A stretch of DNA of 63,826 nucleotides, filler included, from Craspedostauros australis (GCA_030167865.1; 9 parts of 9 records of this genome joined end to end with filler, not necessarily neighbours in it); one strand, 5' to 3'; positions 22,989-36,269 are shown, counted from the first letter of the whole stretch. A program made the numbers and translations. Notes: generated by a model not told the origin, from the letters alone.

Positions 22989-24683
22989 GGCGGTGCTGAA
23001 GGCGGCATCTGCAGCGACCGTTGTTCCCTTTGGGAGCTTCATGATGTGCTCGTAGATGTGCGCCCAGACACAAGACGTGGAATCGTGAAAGCTGCTGGGA
23101 GTGTTGACTGCACAGTCAACGACTCGCCCTTTCAAGTTCCAAACCAGCACGAGATTGCGGTTGACATCCTTGGTCCACCCATTGAAGTCGCGGTTCTGCT
23201 CGGCGGGAAGCGCTGGTGCGTGGCTGATGAGCTTCAAGCCATCAATCACTGCCACGACGCCAGGTGCAGCAGAAAAGGACTTGCTGATGTCTTTCATGTC
23301 ATCGAGGGCGTCATCGCTTCTATCCCAGAACACCTTGGCGAGGTCATGCATGATCAATGCTTCTAGGATTGCGTCCATGCCCAAGTTGAGGTAGTCGTGG
23401 AAGACGGTTGTTGGAAATCCGGGGTAACCCAGTCTCTAGTTTGTAGTAGTATCTGATTACCTATTCCTGTTGTTGCATTGTTGGAACTGTGAGAACAACA
23501 TCTTCATTTCTTGTATCTTCAAATCCATTGCCCATGATAATAGCAGTAGCACCCTGTAGTTGCTCTTGTATTCATCATTGCAAAGCTTGCTCATCATGCA
23601 CATCTCATCATGCATTTCAGGCGTATTTCATCATGTTCATCCATGGTGATTCCCTTTTACACTCCTGCAGTACATGCATGCTGATGTCGAGTTTCACTCT
23701 CTTCTGATCCGACATCAATCACCCATTCAGTGCACTCTTTCACGTTGTTCACTCACTTTTCTCACATGTTCACCGACGATCACACTTGGGTCAGAACATG
23801 ATGTTCTAGCACGATCAGTCCAATCCTTCGATGATGTTCCGATCCGCGCTTTGTTCTCCTTCGCGGTTCTCCGTCATTCACACGATCGTGTTCTGAGTTC
23901 CGAGCGACTCAAATGTGATAGCGCTTCTCCATAGATGTTTGGTCCACTGGTTAACTTTCGTGTTCAAGAACACTTCGGTGTTCCAGTCTCTCTTTTACAT
24001 CCAAGGTTCGCCATCTTTGTCCGTTAGTCATCACGAACACATCATGTCATTCGTCCATCCGTTGTCCGTCATACTCTTGACACACAGAGGAGGATGGCTC
24101 ACAATCGACTTGGGAGTGTGTCCGACTTTGGTAGATCGACTAGTCTATTTTTGGTATTATGGGAGGTGCGGCAATCTAGGATATCACGACATAGTCGTAC
24201 CCTCGATTCCTGACAGACGCTAACGATGCAACCGAACTGGGGCGAGAGGTTCTTGAGCTCGGCCTTCGAAGTGAGATACTTCAAGACGATTGCAGTCACA
24301 TCAATATGCATGAATCTGCAACGCGCCAGATCACATCGACGTGGGTCACAGATTGTTGGTTGACAGGAAGAGCCTCGATGGATGGCTTCAAGATGACGGC
24401 GAGTTGCATGAAGGACTCTCTGGTGATGCCAACAAAGTTGTAGAACTCCATGGCATCACCATGTTCGAGAATTCTGTGCCAGAAGGTACTGGTGTCGCGG
24501 GAGAAAACCCCTGAGCTCTTGTAGCGGCCTCTGTGCAAAGCAGTGGGCAAGCTGTCATGGAGGTAGTCGGCCACAGCGAACGTGAGAAGACGCTGCTGTG
24601 CCATGAGTTGCTCAGCGATGATGATGAGGACGGTAGCAGTGGCTACCTCGCGGCGGCGTTGGAGGAAAGAGGAGTAATCCATG
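22989..24683 (-). pseudogene. PIF/Harbinger (DDE_Tnp_4) transposase, frameshifted and interrupted
   Basis: N-terminal EFYNFVGITRESF and LKYL...LSPQFG. Catalytic region VAVIDG, QNRDFNGW, NTPSSFHDS and VAADAAF. There is a frameshift near 24345-24360 and an insertion at 23410-24215. The contig end truncates the gene. Confidence 0.88.
23410..24215. mobile_element. 806-bp solo-LTR-like insertion
   Basis: TG...CA termini with an imperfect 11-bp inverted repeat (TGTTGGAAATC / GATTCCTGACA). Flanked by GACGGT (23404-23409) and GACGCT (24216-24221). Excision restores the transposase frame. Confidence 0.8.
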
Positions 24684-25819
24684 ATGATAGAGCAGATGCC
24701 AATAATGTAAAACGAAACGCTAATCATGCCCCCAAGCTCTTGGAACAAGCTACATGAAGGAAGGCCACAACGTGCACGAAAGAAGATGGACAATCGACGC
24801 AGATTGATGGTGCATAAAAGGGAGGAAGTGGAGGGTAGCGTGACGATACATGCACGACAGAGGTCGATAAAACTGATGTCAACGCTTGTGAGGGAGGAAA
24901 TCACAGAAACTCCAAAATTGTCGCCGGAGGGAGCGATTTGAGAGGAAGGCACGAGATGAGATCTGGACGAAAAGTGAGAGTTAGTTAGGATTCGTGTACG
25001 TTTCGTAGACGAGTCGGAGAAGGCCTCGTGGACTGCCGGGTTCAGATGAAGACCCATTGGTCAGTTCACTGAGATTGAACGCTGTTGGCAAGAGAACTTG
25101 TAGTCAATGAGGAGAGTCGTAGTGTTGTACTAATCTGAGCTTGAGTTATTATGAGTTAGTACGGTGGTATGCAGGATGAAGAAACGATGTTCAACACATT
25201 GGCACGGCTCTGCACTGACCCTTATGGTTCAGTGCTGAGACGGAACTTTACCTTCTCTCAGTCCTTCTCCTCTTGAATGCTGACGACGTCATGCAGAAGG
25301 CCTTGTGGCTTCAGCAGCTGTTGACGTGATGTGAACAATGCTGCAGGTGTCAGAGGTTTGGATTTTGCATTAGGATTCCATTGCTGTTGTTGAAGCAGTT
25401 TGGATTGCCCACAACGGAGCTGGTGTAGTCAGCGGATGTCGCAGCAGCAAAAGGGAATTCTGGTGAAGTCCATCTGACAGGGTCGGAGGAGCATGTAGTT
25501 CCACATGCGTTGATAGGATAGACGGACCGTAGCATGTTTACCGGGATTGGTTAGTGAATGAAAGATAGGGGGACAAAGTAAGGGTCTGGCCATTGTCGGG
25601 CTTGCTCAATTTCGCGCCAAAATAGATTTCAAGCAACGACACGGGACACTCCAAAGAGAAAGTAGTCCGTTCTTAGTTGAACTGCAACTCAACTCCAGGA
25701 TTCCATAATTGTTTCGATTGACGTTATACGCTCGTTTCGATCCTGGTCACCCCCTGTTCGGAAGGTATCTTGTGTTCATAATGGAGTGATCTGATTGGCT
25801 TAGAAGCCGATAGTATGAA

Positions 25820-27382
25820 ATGATGAGCCACGCAACCACCTCCAATGATCATAATCACATCATCGCACACACAACACATCCTGTATCGTCTCCCGATCAT
25901 CACAGTTTCAATCCCTGCCTCGATCAGATCTGCAAGGCCTGCGCCATCATCCTTCCCATCAATTCCATCGGCAAAGCTATCGACAGTATTCGTGCCACCC
26001 TCCAAGCCCCATCGCAGAACAAGCGACCGCAACGTGCCACCAACAACCGCAAACGCCTCACTGCCGGAGATGCAGATGACGCTGAAGGAGACGATGGTGA
26101 GCAGTCTCCGTACTCGATACAGACAGTCGAGAAGATACCGCCGGAGCTGTTCGAGAAGTATTCCGGCATCATCGTCCACCACGCTCTGCTCGTCGCGAGT
26201 CATGAGCTCGACAAGGCCGTCATGGCGGCGAAGCGCATCTGCGAGCTCAGAATCGATGTTGCCGTGCACGAACGATGCTGGGCGCACATCTGGGACATCC
26301 TCGAATACTACGGCCACATCTTCGTCGATGGGCACGACGCGCGTGACTTGGCTCCAATGCCCTACATCAAAACCAAGGCGAAATCCAAGCGCAAATTCGT
26401 GCTCGACATCATGGCCACCAACCTGGGCAGCTACGGATTTCGGTTCATGGAGGCCTACTTGACGGATGTCGTGCGGGACGTATGGGAGAACCCCAACGCG
26501 ACAGAGGAAGAGAAGAACAACGTCCTCCTTGCTGCGCAGAAGACCGCCTTGCGCATGTGCTGCCAGTGCATCAAGACGACGACCGTGCGTGGAATCATGT
26601 CGTACATCGATATTGACTGGAAGCACACGCGCCGAGAGGGACCGCCGCAGCCTCCTTTCAAGCCGGCATCGCCCTACGACATCATCGACAGCCAGCAAGA
26701 GAAGGTGTTGGATCAGTGGGCAACCGCTTTCCTGGTGTACAGCAACCCCATTCCGCCTTCCTTGTTGGATGGCGACGTGTTGGACATTCACCGGTACATC
26801 AAGCGTGCCGAGCAACCAGAAGAACTCGACGAGGATGTGCTTGCCACAGACGTGGCACAAGAACAGACGGAAGAAGCCGATGGGCCGGCTGCCGCTAATG
26901 TGGACGATGTTCTTGTCCAGGGATCTGAAGCTGCGCACGAGTTGGAGCAGGAGGACGAGTACATCGATGATGGCGAGGCACAACAGCATGTTGCTGCTAG
27001 CGATGATGATGATGATGATGATATTGTCGAAGTGACAGAAATCATCGACTCCGACGATGACATGGTGGTCCAGGGTCTCCCACAAGAGTACATTCAGCAA
27101 CAGGCACCTGCGCAAATGACATACCAGTACGGCGATGCCGTTGAAGGCCAGTACGGTTACGTCGATGCCGCGGGCCAACCGATGTACGCTGAAGAAGACG
27201 GTGCCTACGATTCCGGCGCATATGACGACGATGACGGCGAAGAAATTGAAGAGGACGACGCAGGAGCGCAGTTTGAAGACACTGATGAAATGGAGATGCA
27301 AGATGGCATGGAGGCTTTGCCACCGCTGCGAAATAGAGCTTCGGTATCTGCCATCGATTTCTCCGCAGAACAAGCCGACGAG
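25820..27382 (+). CDS. Hypothetical protein with an acidic C-terminal half (3'-partial; the 5' end may include an intron ending near 25927)
   Basis: Long open frame with host-like GC3 bias: a helical globular N-terminal part, then a D/E-rich tail. No family recognised. Confidence 0.75.
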
Positions 27383-27482
27383 NNNNNNNNNNNNNNNNNN
27401 NNNNNNNNNNNNNNNNNNNNNNNNNNTTAATTAATTAANNNNNNNNNNNNNNNNNNNNNNNNNNNNNNNNNNNNNNNNNNNN

Positions 27483-30400
27483 GAGCGGTCGTGAAGGAGA
27501 GGCCAAGCCCATGGCATCAGAGAGGAAGTGAACCATTGGCACAGACATGACCTGAGGAGCCAAGAGTTTGATATCTTGATCTTTGGATACGAGTGGGCAT
27601 ACCATTGCGACTGTGGCATTCGCTGAGTAGTGGCGATTGGAGGTATGGAGCGACGAAGGTGCTTGTAGGATCCATTCCATCATGTTCGCATTCGACGATA
27701 GAAGTAGCGGCTGGTATGGTATTGATGCAAGGGGGTTGCTCTGTCGTGTGCGAGACTGTTACGTACGATCGATGGTACATACTCCTGGTGCACGGCTTGC
27801 AAAGTAAGCATGAATGGGAGTGGGTGTATGGTAACCATCCTGGCCATACTTCCGAGTACTCCTCACGATTACCTACCAACGCGGTCGCGATGTCGAATGT
27901 CGAATGTCGCGAAAAGACAGAGGTTGGGCGGTCCGAACATGAGCAGTCGTAGTTGGTTGCTGTTGCGACAGAGCCGATGTGGCCACCATCGCCGCCACCG
28001 TCGCCATTGCCATGAACGGCAGAACGGGAGAGACAACACGGCATCCAAGTCCATGCCTAACCTCGAGCTCAAGGTCAAGCTGGAGACTCATCGAAGGACC
28101 AAATCTCCAACCGCGCTTTGCGCGAGACTTGATCCCGCTTTCTCAGAGTACTCGCGTGCATTTCATTCACACGAGCTCTTCCCGTCCATGCAGAACAACC
28201 ATCTGAGACTCTGGTCGATGGAAGATTACCAACAAGAAGGGCCTCTGTTGGTTTGCATTGCGGATTGAGTGGAGTAAGGTTGAGTGAGGTGGAGTAGGAC
28301 GGAGCAGCGTGGAGTGAAGCACTTCGGCAATCTCATCTTGCATCGCGCTGCGTCAATAGGAATCGAGTACAAGCATGTCTGGTACAACCTATTACGTACG
28401 ACTGCTAATACGAGTAGTTGAGTACAGTGTGGATGTGCCATGAAGAGGTACCACCCTCTGACCATAGCCCCACAATAACAAACGAACAACAAAAATAGAA
28501 GAGAGTACTGGTAAAGCGGGGCAGAGCACCATGTGACACCGCGTGCAGTGGTACAGTACACTACAAGACGATGCAGGACTGTGACAAGAACAACTGCGCA
28601 TTCTCCCTCGCTTGTCGAATTCGACATCATCTCCCACCGAATTTCGCCGACCAACATCATTCGTGTGGTATTCGTATTGTATCCAGCGTCTGTCTGAATC
28701 GCTTGGAAGCTCTTTTATGCGAAGCAGAACAACGAATGGATGACTCGTCTCGTGTTAACGCACCCACCTGAGTTTTTGGACCTTTCCGAATTCCATCGTG
28801 ACACAACAATTATACGGCTTCTCTGAGGTGGCGATTTTCGTAGTACATAGCATGGGCGAGTTGCAGTTGTGTTCTTGATTGTGTGTGCGATTGTGTGTGG
28901 CGTGAAAGAGTTGCGACCTCTTCGCCTTGTTCATAAATACGCGCGGGACTTTCAAATGATGGGGGAATGCCCCCTCAGAAAGTGCCTCGCTGGTGAACTC
29001 TCCGATCTTTCGCAGTTCGCTGTTTTTCTCCCCATTTGCTCTCATCCCTGTTACCAACACCACTGTCTCCCTCCTCCTCCTCCTCATCATCATCGCGAGT
29101 GACGTTGTCGCTTGTCGCAGGTACCGAGTATGCTCCGTTCGAAACGGAAAAAAATGATAGTCACTTGTTCAGGCAGTCGGGAGATGGATGGATCAAGAGG
29201 CGTCCATCCATTGGCCTGGTCAAGTACGATCTATTCGAGTGTCCCGAACCTCTCGACCATCTCGTCATCGTTTGGTCTGATCATTTGGTTGTTTGTTCGG
29301 TGAAGTTGGCGGGGTTGGAGTTCGATGGGTGTCGTTTACTTGTGTTTCTGTTGGGTGTTTGACGTGGTGGTTTGGGGCGTTTATAATCGGTTTCGCAGAG
29401 ACATTTTCCCGGTTCCTTTGAGGAGGGACTGGGCTTTGTTCTTCGCGCCGCAATGGACCATTCGGTGTTCTGTGGTGGTGCACGCTTTCTACCATCGCCC
29501 TTTGCAGGTTTGGTTGTCGATGGCGATGATGTCGTTGTCGTTGTTGGTGGTGGTGTTGTGGGCTCCGCCAATTTGTCCTGAGATCGTGTTTGGTACGCAT
29601 GGCGAGTGAGGGCACATTCCCGTATCAATGCAGATACCGCGTGGGTGGACAAGAGCGACGCCGAGTAACGTTCTGTTGGCGCTCATGGGAGAGCGCGTGT
29701 CACCCCACGATACAGGAACCGTTGACGAACATTCACCATTCTCTCCATCCAGCCAACTTGTGGCGAAGACGACAAGACGGAGGAATAGCTCGCACAGTGG
29801 ACGAGAATAGAGCAGGCACAACCACGAGATTCCCAACAACGAAAAGTCAGAACAACGACAACAACAACAATAACGCAGTACTGCGAGGCAAGTTGGTCTT
29901 GGTTTTGGCTTTTCTGCCTATTTCTGGCTTCCTTGTGCCTCCTTTCTCTTTCGGTCATCGCCCTCACCTTCGCCGTTACCAATGTCATACAAACATACGA
30001 GCAGAGGACCATGCTCATACCTGCGATAGCTCGTGCATTCACAACGGCGAAACACACAGACAAAGCAAGGAACAAAGCAAAGACGAAACACCACAAAGGG
30101 TCAACGGCAATCACAGAGGAACAAAGAACCCGTCCCCAAAACCCAGGAGAAACGAACAGATCAGAGTAGAGCAGAGCAGAGTAAAGCAGGGTAGAGCACG
30201 AACAGAGTACGAGTAGAGTAGAGCAAGACGAGCGTGGAGCGCTGTCCAAGTATTCAAGTATTGGCACTCTACATGCTCTGCACTCTAAACACACGAATAC
30301 CTGCACTCTCCTATCTTCCACACCACGCTCTGCGTCCTACGCTCTGCATCCTACGCTCTGAAGTGCCCACCTGCTTCACTCCCTCACAACCGTCACAATC

Positions 30401-33022
30401 ATCTTCGCTCTCCGGCTTCGCCATCTCCGTTCGCAGAGCGTAGGTACAACTCCAAGTTGCCTTCCCATCTCGCCTGTCAGCGTGGGTCGGTCAACCACTG
30501 GATCTTCATAGGTTGTGCCATACTCCCACCGCTGCTCCTACTGCTGCTGCGACTGCTGCTGTTGATACTTCGACGCGCCGTGGTTGCAATCCACTCTGAC
30601 CTGTGATTCGGACCCTCGTCCATCCATCAAGCTGCCTGCTTCCTCAGCCACACCCACAGCCACAACCATCTCAATAAGCAGACGCTTCTATCTCAACGAA
30701 AGCACCAAACTCTGACAAGCCTGACCACCCTGCCCACCCTGACGACAACCACTTACTTCGAGTACTCTACTCCACTTAGCTCGCAGGATCTGACAAGCCA
30801 ACCCATCACCACATCACAGCCACGCCGTCATGGACAAAGGCGGCAGAAAGCGCAAGAGCTTGCACGGTTCCATGGCTGCGAGGAATGAAAAGAAAGGACC
30901 TGCAAAGGCCGGCGAAGAAGACAGCTGCTCCAGCAGCAATGACGACCATGGCAGCAATGACGATGGGAGCGATGCAAGGCCAACAAACAAATCCCGCATG
31001 GACGGCAGTCCGAAGATGAAGATCAAGATGAAGAAGGACAAGAGACGGCTCAAGATGAAGAAGCAGAAGCAGAAACTCAAGCAAGCGAAAAGCGCCCCGA
31101 CAACATCTGCCAGCGGCAGCGTCGATCAAGTCCACGATCGTGGCAATGATGAATACGAAACGAATCGAGCTCGCGGCGACAAGCGGCAGCAAGTGGCATC
31201 AGCAATGCCATCATCATCAGCAGCAGCAGCATTGCCATCAGGCCCATCGCCTCCCACGGCGTTGCCAACATCATCGCCGTCCTTCCTGCATTTCCCCTTC
31301 AAGCTTCACAAGATGCTGGAAGCCGCAGAAACAGAGGGCGACGATGACATCGTGGGCTGGTCGCCTGACGGCCGTTCCTTCGTCATTCGAGACCGCGACA
31401 GATTCATGAATATCATCCGTAAGTTAGCTGGTTGGTGACTGGTCGTTGGACGATTGGTGACCGACTATTGGTGCTTGGCATTCGTTTCGAGACCACTGGA
31501 GATGCAAACGACTGGACATGCAACATTGACCAACGTGATCGTGATCATCATGCCAGTGACGCCGTGTGGCGACCCTTTCTTGGGGACCAAGACTGGTGCA
31601 ACATGCAATCGCTGTGTTGAAACATCACTCATAACCAACTCACAACCAACTCACACCTTGCATCACATCCAACTTCTCACGCATGGCATGGCATCAAACG
31701 GAACGAAATCAAATGCCATCCAACTGCACCTGCACTTGTATCAACAACGTTGCCAAATTGCAACCTTCTCACAACCGTCATTCGATGCCAATACCGTACT
31801 CGTGCGCCATGCACTGAATTGCTCTGACATGAGCAGTGCCACGCTACTTCAAGCAATCGCGGTACAAGTCATTCCAACGGCAACTCAACCTTTGGGGCTT
31901 CAACGCCACCAGAGGTGGCAAACGTCAGCAAAGCTCCATATCGCATCCGTACTTCGTCAAGGACAGGATCGATCTATGCATCAGAATCACTCGTGAGAAA
32001 CTGAAGGTGAGGGACGAACCGCCGTTGGCAAGGCCCAGTGCCGCCACTGGTGCGGCCGCTGCGACGGTGGCAATGTCTTCATCGTCATTATCACCACCGC
32101 GATCAGCGCATGCGGAGACTGGCGCGAGTACCCCCCATCGTGTCCAGGCAGCCTCGGCCAGCCAGTCTCAATTCCCATCTGACAATCAATCACAACAGCA
32201 GACCCGACAACAGACATTGGATGCCTTTGCTCGGGGTGTCGCCATGGAGCAGCAACAACAACAGCAACAACAGCAGCAGTTGGGACAACAGCAGCAGTTG
32301 GGACAACAGAATCAGTCTCCGTTTCATCTCCAACTCCAACAGCAACTTGCGCAACAGCAGCTGCTGCAACGGCTATCAGGCGGCAACTCTCTTGGCTTGC
32401 TCCAACGCAATCCCGGTGCCTTGCTTGCCCATCTTCAACCACAGCAGAATTCTATGGAAAGGCTGTTGGCACTATCACAACTCGGACAGCCGACGGAGAT
32501 GGCGACACAGCGATCGTTGCTTGCGTCCGTTCTACAGCAACAACAGCAACAACAACAGCAGCAACAGTCCTTGCTTCTGGCACAGCAATTGGGTGGGTTG
32601 AATCCACTGTTGCTGGCACAGCAGCAATCCGTCGGTGACCTTCTTGCCAGCTCTGCGAATCCGTTGATTCCATCTGATACGTCAACGGCGTTGCAGGCAC
32701 TTCTGGAACAGCAGCAACAGCAGCAGCACCAAGCGACAACAACGATAAATGCCGCGGCGGAAGACACAAGCGCGAGCAAAGGCGCGTCAGCATCAGCAAG
32801 CGGCACAGCGCAGCAGCAGACGCAACCACAGCCATCGTCGCAGTCCCAGCACCTTCAACTCCTCGCTCAGCAGCTCAAACAACAAATGCAGCAGCATTCA
32901 GCACAAGCGCAGTCGCAGTCGCAAGCACCCGCAGCAACGAACGCGGGGGAGAACGCAACCATAACCGGAAGTCTCAGCGCGGCAGAACCACGTGCGACAT
33001 CGCATTCGTCGGCCTTGGTGGC
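27483..33022. repeat. 5540-bp segment identical in reverse complement to 39053-44592
   Basis: Mirrored ORFs are identical and paired coordinates always sum to 72075. Each copy starts exactly at a contig end. Confidence 0.97.
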
Positions 33023-33344
33023 ATTGCTCAGAAGTGCCGCGAACGGCACACAGCCTCAAGCTCAAGCCGCAGTGCAGCCACCGGCATCAACTACGCCAGG
33101 ACTACCTCATCTGCAGCTTCCGGGCGCTGCGCTATCCTTGCTCCGTTCCTCGCAAGGATTGCCACAGGCACAGCCGCAAGCACAATTGAATCCCTCAGCT
33201 TTGGGGGCATCCGGCATTCTGGAACAGGTGTTGGCGTTGCAACAACTTCAGCAGAGGCATCATCATCATCAACAGTTCCAAAGTGGCGATGCATCCAAGA
33301 TCAGATCGGGCGAGAGCCAAAGTGAGGGATCGAAGCATCCATGA
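30830..33344 (+). CDS. HSF: Heat shock factor (HSF-type DNA-binding domain) with a Q-rich C-terminus; exons 30830-31418 and 31837-33344
   Basis: FPFKLHKML...IVGWSPDGRSFVI...FMNII|LPRYFKQSRYKSFQRQLNLWGF, joined across a GTAAGT...CAG phase-1 intron. Confidence 0.95.
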
Positions 33345-33639
33345 GCATGGTGGATACGAGTATGATGACGATGTGGTCGCGATACTCATGCTTGGGTAAT
33401 CCATGTGTTGAGTGGTGAGTGGTGAGTAGCAACCTGCAAATGGGAATGAATTCTGCAGGGCAGCGTTATTCAATGCTCCGGAACGTAGACATTTATTTTA
33501 CAACACTCTACATCTAGTCGTATCCTCGTAGCTCCAACTAGGTAATGAGAATTTCCTCTTCGTCTGCTGCTACAGTTGAAGATGCTTCAGAACGAACCGC
33601 ACGAGTACACGATCTTCGTTTGGATAATGCCTTGTCCCA

Positions 33640-33661
33640 AGAGAGAGAGAGAGAGAGAGAG
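33640..33661. repeat. (AG)11 microsatellite
   Basis: Perfect dinucleotide run between the convergent HSF and prmA 3' ends. Confidence 0.95.
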
Positions 33662-33874
33662 CAGTACTCACATGCCTATCATTATTGTGCCTCGCACTTG
33701 CAGATGCTGTGTTGCATCTCATTGTGTTATGAGTTTGATTTCCTCCGGGCTGGTTTGGCAGGATACGCCTTGAGCTGTCCATTCGCTTCCCAATTGCTCG
33801 GATTCGCTTCGCTTGGTTATACTCCACCCGCTCTCCTCGTAGTACTCCACTTCACTGCCCTCCATTCAACCACT

Positions 33875-35365
33875 TCATCCCTTCCTGATCCCCGTGATCA
33901 GCACCCACCCACCAAGGTCCTTTTCCACCTTCACATCATCGAACCACCCTCCGTACGCATCGATGATCATGTCGCTCTGACTTGTCATGATGCCGCTGAG
34001 CCCAAGCAAGCCGCTTGGCTTGACCAATCCTGCCAGTGTTTCCGCCAGCACTACCAAAGGGCCAGCCAGGATGTTTGCCACGCATGCATCGTAGACGGGG
34101 CCATTCAGGTCTTCTGGGAGGGTTTCTGCCGTGTCGCCCTTCCTGCTGGAGTACGCCTTCATGAGCACGCTCTTGGACTCGTCGTCGTTGGTGCTGACCA
34201 GGTTGCTGAGGTAGTTGGTCATGGGGACATCATTCTGCTGCGAGTTGGCGTTAGCTATGTGCACTGCATCGACGTCGATGTCAACTCCGACAGCTTGGAT
34301 GGAGGGGTCCAGCTTGCAAGCCGCCATGCCCAACACACCCGATCCAGCACCATAGTCCATGATCAACATGTCTGGTCTGCTGCATGTGCGAGCTACCCAT
34401 TCGAGACATAGCTGAGTGGTCGGGTGTTCCCCAGTGCCAAAGGCAATGCCTCCTTCAAGCTTCAACTGGAGGAATGAAGTTCTGTTGGACTCGATGCCAT
34501 CATCTTCATCTGTTGATGATGTCGACGACAATGTCGACGATGACGAAGGTGTGGAGGAAGCAAGCTGGATGGCCTCCTTGACGGCATCATTAGTGTGCCA
34601 AGGAAAGCGCAGAACGAAAGGATCCAGGACGATGGGCTTCCACGATTGCTGGACATGCAGCACCCAATCCTTGTTCTCCACTTGCTTCATTGTGTACGCT
34701 GGTAGATCTGGAAATGTCTCGCTCACAATCTCAAAGATCCAGCTGAAGTCAGCTGAGGCAGGGAACTGTGCTTCCACGTTGCATAGGTTCCACACGTGAG
34801 TAGTGACCGCCGTTTCTGTTGTCCACGTAGGGTTGGCATCTACGGAGGCATCCATCGCTGCGGATATGGAGGTGGGCGCCTCATGGAAGAGCGCTTGCTC
34901 TGCATCGGTTCCAGCATCAGCGTCTGTGATGGACGTCGAGCATGCACCGAGCTCCATGAGAAAGTTGCAAAGCAGCTGCGGTTCTTGATCCTTGTCGAGG
35001 TTGGAGAACGTGATGGAACGCAAAGTGGCTGCGTTTTCGGTGATTTCAGCGTCAGTGTCAGGCAGCGTATCATCAGGCGTTGCCCTTAGCGAAAGAAGGG
35101 ATTGATATGATCGCAACTGGATCTTTGAACGACATGACAGCAGTTGAGATCTTTGCGAGGAAAAAGTCGTCATCACTGGTGTCCTTGTTGCGCATGTTGA
35201 TGCTGGGGTTGCGCTTGAGGTTGTCGTTGGTACCTCCAGCTTTGTATGAGACCGAGGATGCGAATGCGTGCCAGCGACGATGAGAAAGCACGATGCGAGA
35301 TCATGGGCGGAGAATGACAGCGCCAGTGCGGTCATCACTCGCGCTGTGATGTATGGTCTCATCAT
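33875..35365 (-). CDS. prmA: Ribosomal protein L11 methyltransferase, probably organelle (plastid) targeted
   Basis: Motifs DWVLHVQQSWKP, GIAFGTGEHPTTQLCL, MDYGAGSGVL, GVDID, VANILA and GLSGI. The N-terminal extension has a hydrophobic stretch, then ASCF, then an S/T-rich region. Confidence 0.93.
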   Translation of the reverse strand: MMRPYITARVMTALALSFSAHDLASCFLIVAGTHSHPRSHTKLEVPTTTSSATPASTCATRTPVMTTFSSQRSQLLSCRSKIQLRSYQSLLSLRATPDDTLPDTDAEITENAATLRSITFSNLDKDQEPQLLCNFLMELGACSTSITDADAGTDAEQALFHEAPTSISAAMDASVDANPTWTTETAVTTHVWNLCNVEAQFPASADFSWIFEIVSETFPDLPAYTMKQVENKDWVLHVQQSWKPIVLDPFVLRFPWHTNDAVKEAIQLASSTPSSSSTLSSTSSTDEDDGIESNRTSFLQLKLEGGIAFGTGEHPTTQLCLEWVARTCSRPDMLIMDYGAGSGVLGMAACKLDPSIQAVGVDIDVDAVHIANANSQQNDVPMTNYLSNLVSTNDDESKSVLMKAYSSRKGDTAETLPEDLNGPVYDACVANILAGPLVVLAETLAGLVKPSGLLGLSGIMTSQSDMIIDAYGGWFDDVKVEKDLGGWVLITGIRKG

Positions 35366-36269
35366 TGAAGTATCTTTCCACGCGACTTTTGTCGTTCGAA
35401 CTTGGGATGTGGCGGAGCTCGGTGGGTGGAGACCGGCAGAATCAATCGGAATGCGCTGCGATTCTTCCAAACTGTGCCTGGGTGCGTGTGTGTGCGTGCG
35501 TGCGTGTTGGTGGTGCTTGTCTGATTCGGATCTTGTTGACAAGGAGTCGGGCCGCTATGACGGAGCACTGCTACACACTCTTTTGGAGGATACCCAAGAT
35601 TTCCGCGGCTACACCGATGATGCTGGCGGTGATGAAGATGTTGAGATACGCATCGAGGGTGCCAATGAACCAGAGGGAACAGGATCGTTGTGTGAAGATC
35701 AGTCGCTCTGTTTTCCTGTTCTTTGGAACTTTGTTGGATGTACATCAATCACGAATGCGTGATGGGTCACGAATCGGAAAATCGGATGATTCTGTAGGCC
35801 TTTTCAGTCCCGTGTTCGATGGAGTTCTGGGTTTGAGCCTCTCATCGCGAGGTTCGGTTTTTCCGTTTCCCCACATTTTGTTGTTTTGTGTGCACTCACT
35901 TCACGACACAACAAGGTTGTGCTGCATCGTCACAAACCTGTATCCATTCGAGCATGTTGCGATCGATCACACAAATCACACAGATACGTCCGATCAATAC
36001 TCTCACATTCTGTTTCAACATCGGCATTGCTGACTTCATTGGCGCCATTGCCCTCGTCCAACGTCTTCCACGTTCAACCATACATCGGTTATCACTCAGC
36101 GGTCACGCCTGATCAATCCATCGTGCTTTCGCAACCATCCTCGTCAGCATCGTTGCCCGCGAAGCCCACAGCTCTGACATCATCGTCAGCTCCAACAGCC
36201 ACATCCGCGTCAATCTTCGGTCTCCTCGCCACTGCCGATCCAAGTTCTGGCTCTGATACAAACGGCAGT

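Noticed and set aside
32250..32900. CAG/CAA tracts as a separate repeat system
   Set aside because: They encode the poly-Q activation-type region of the HSF.
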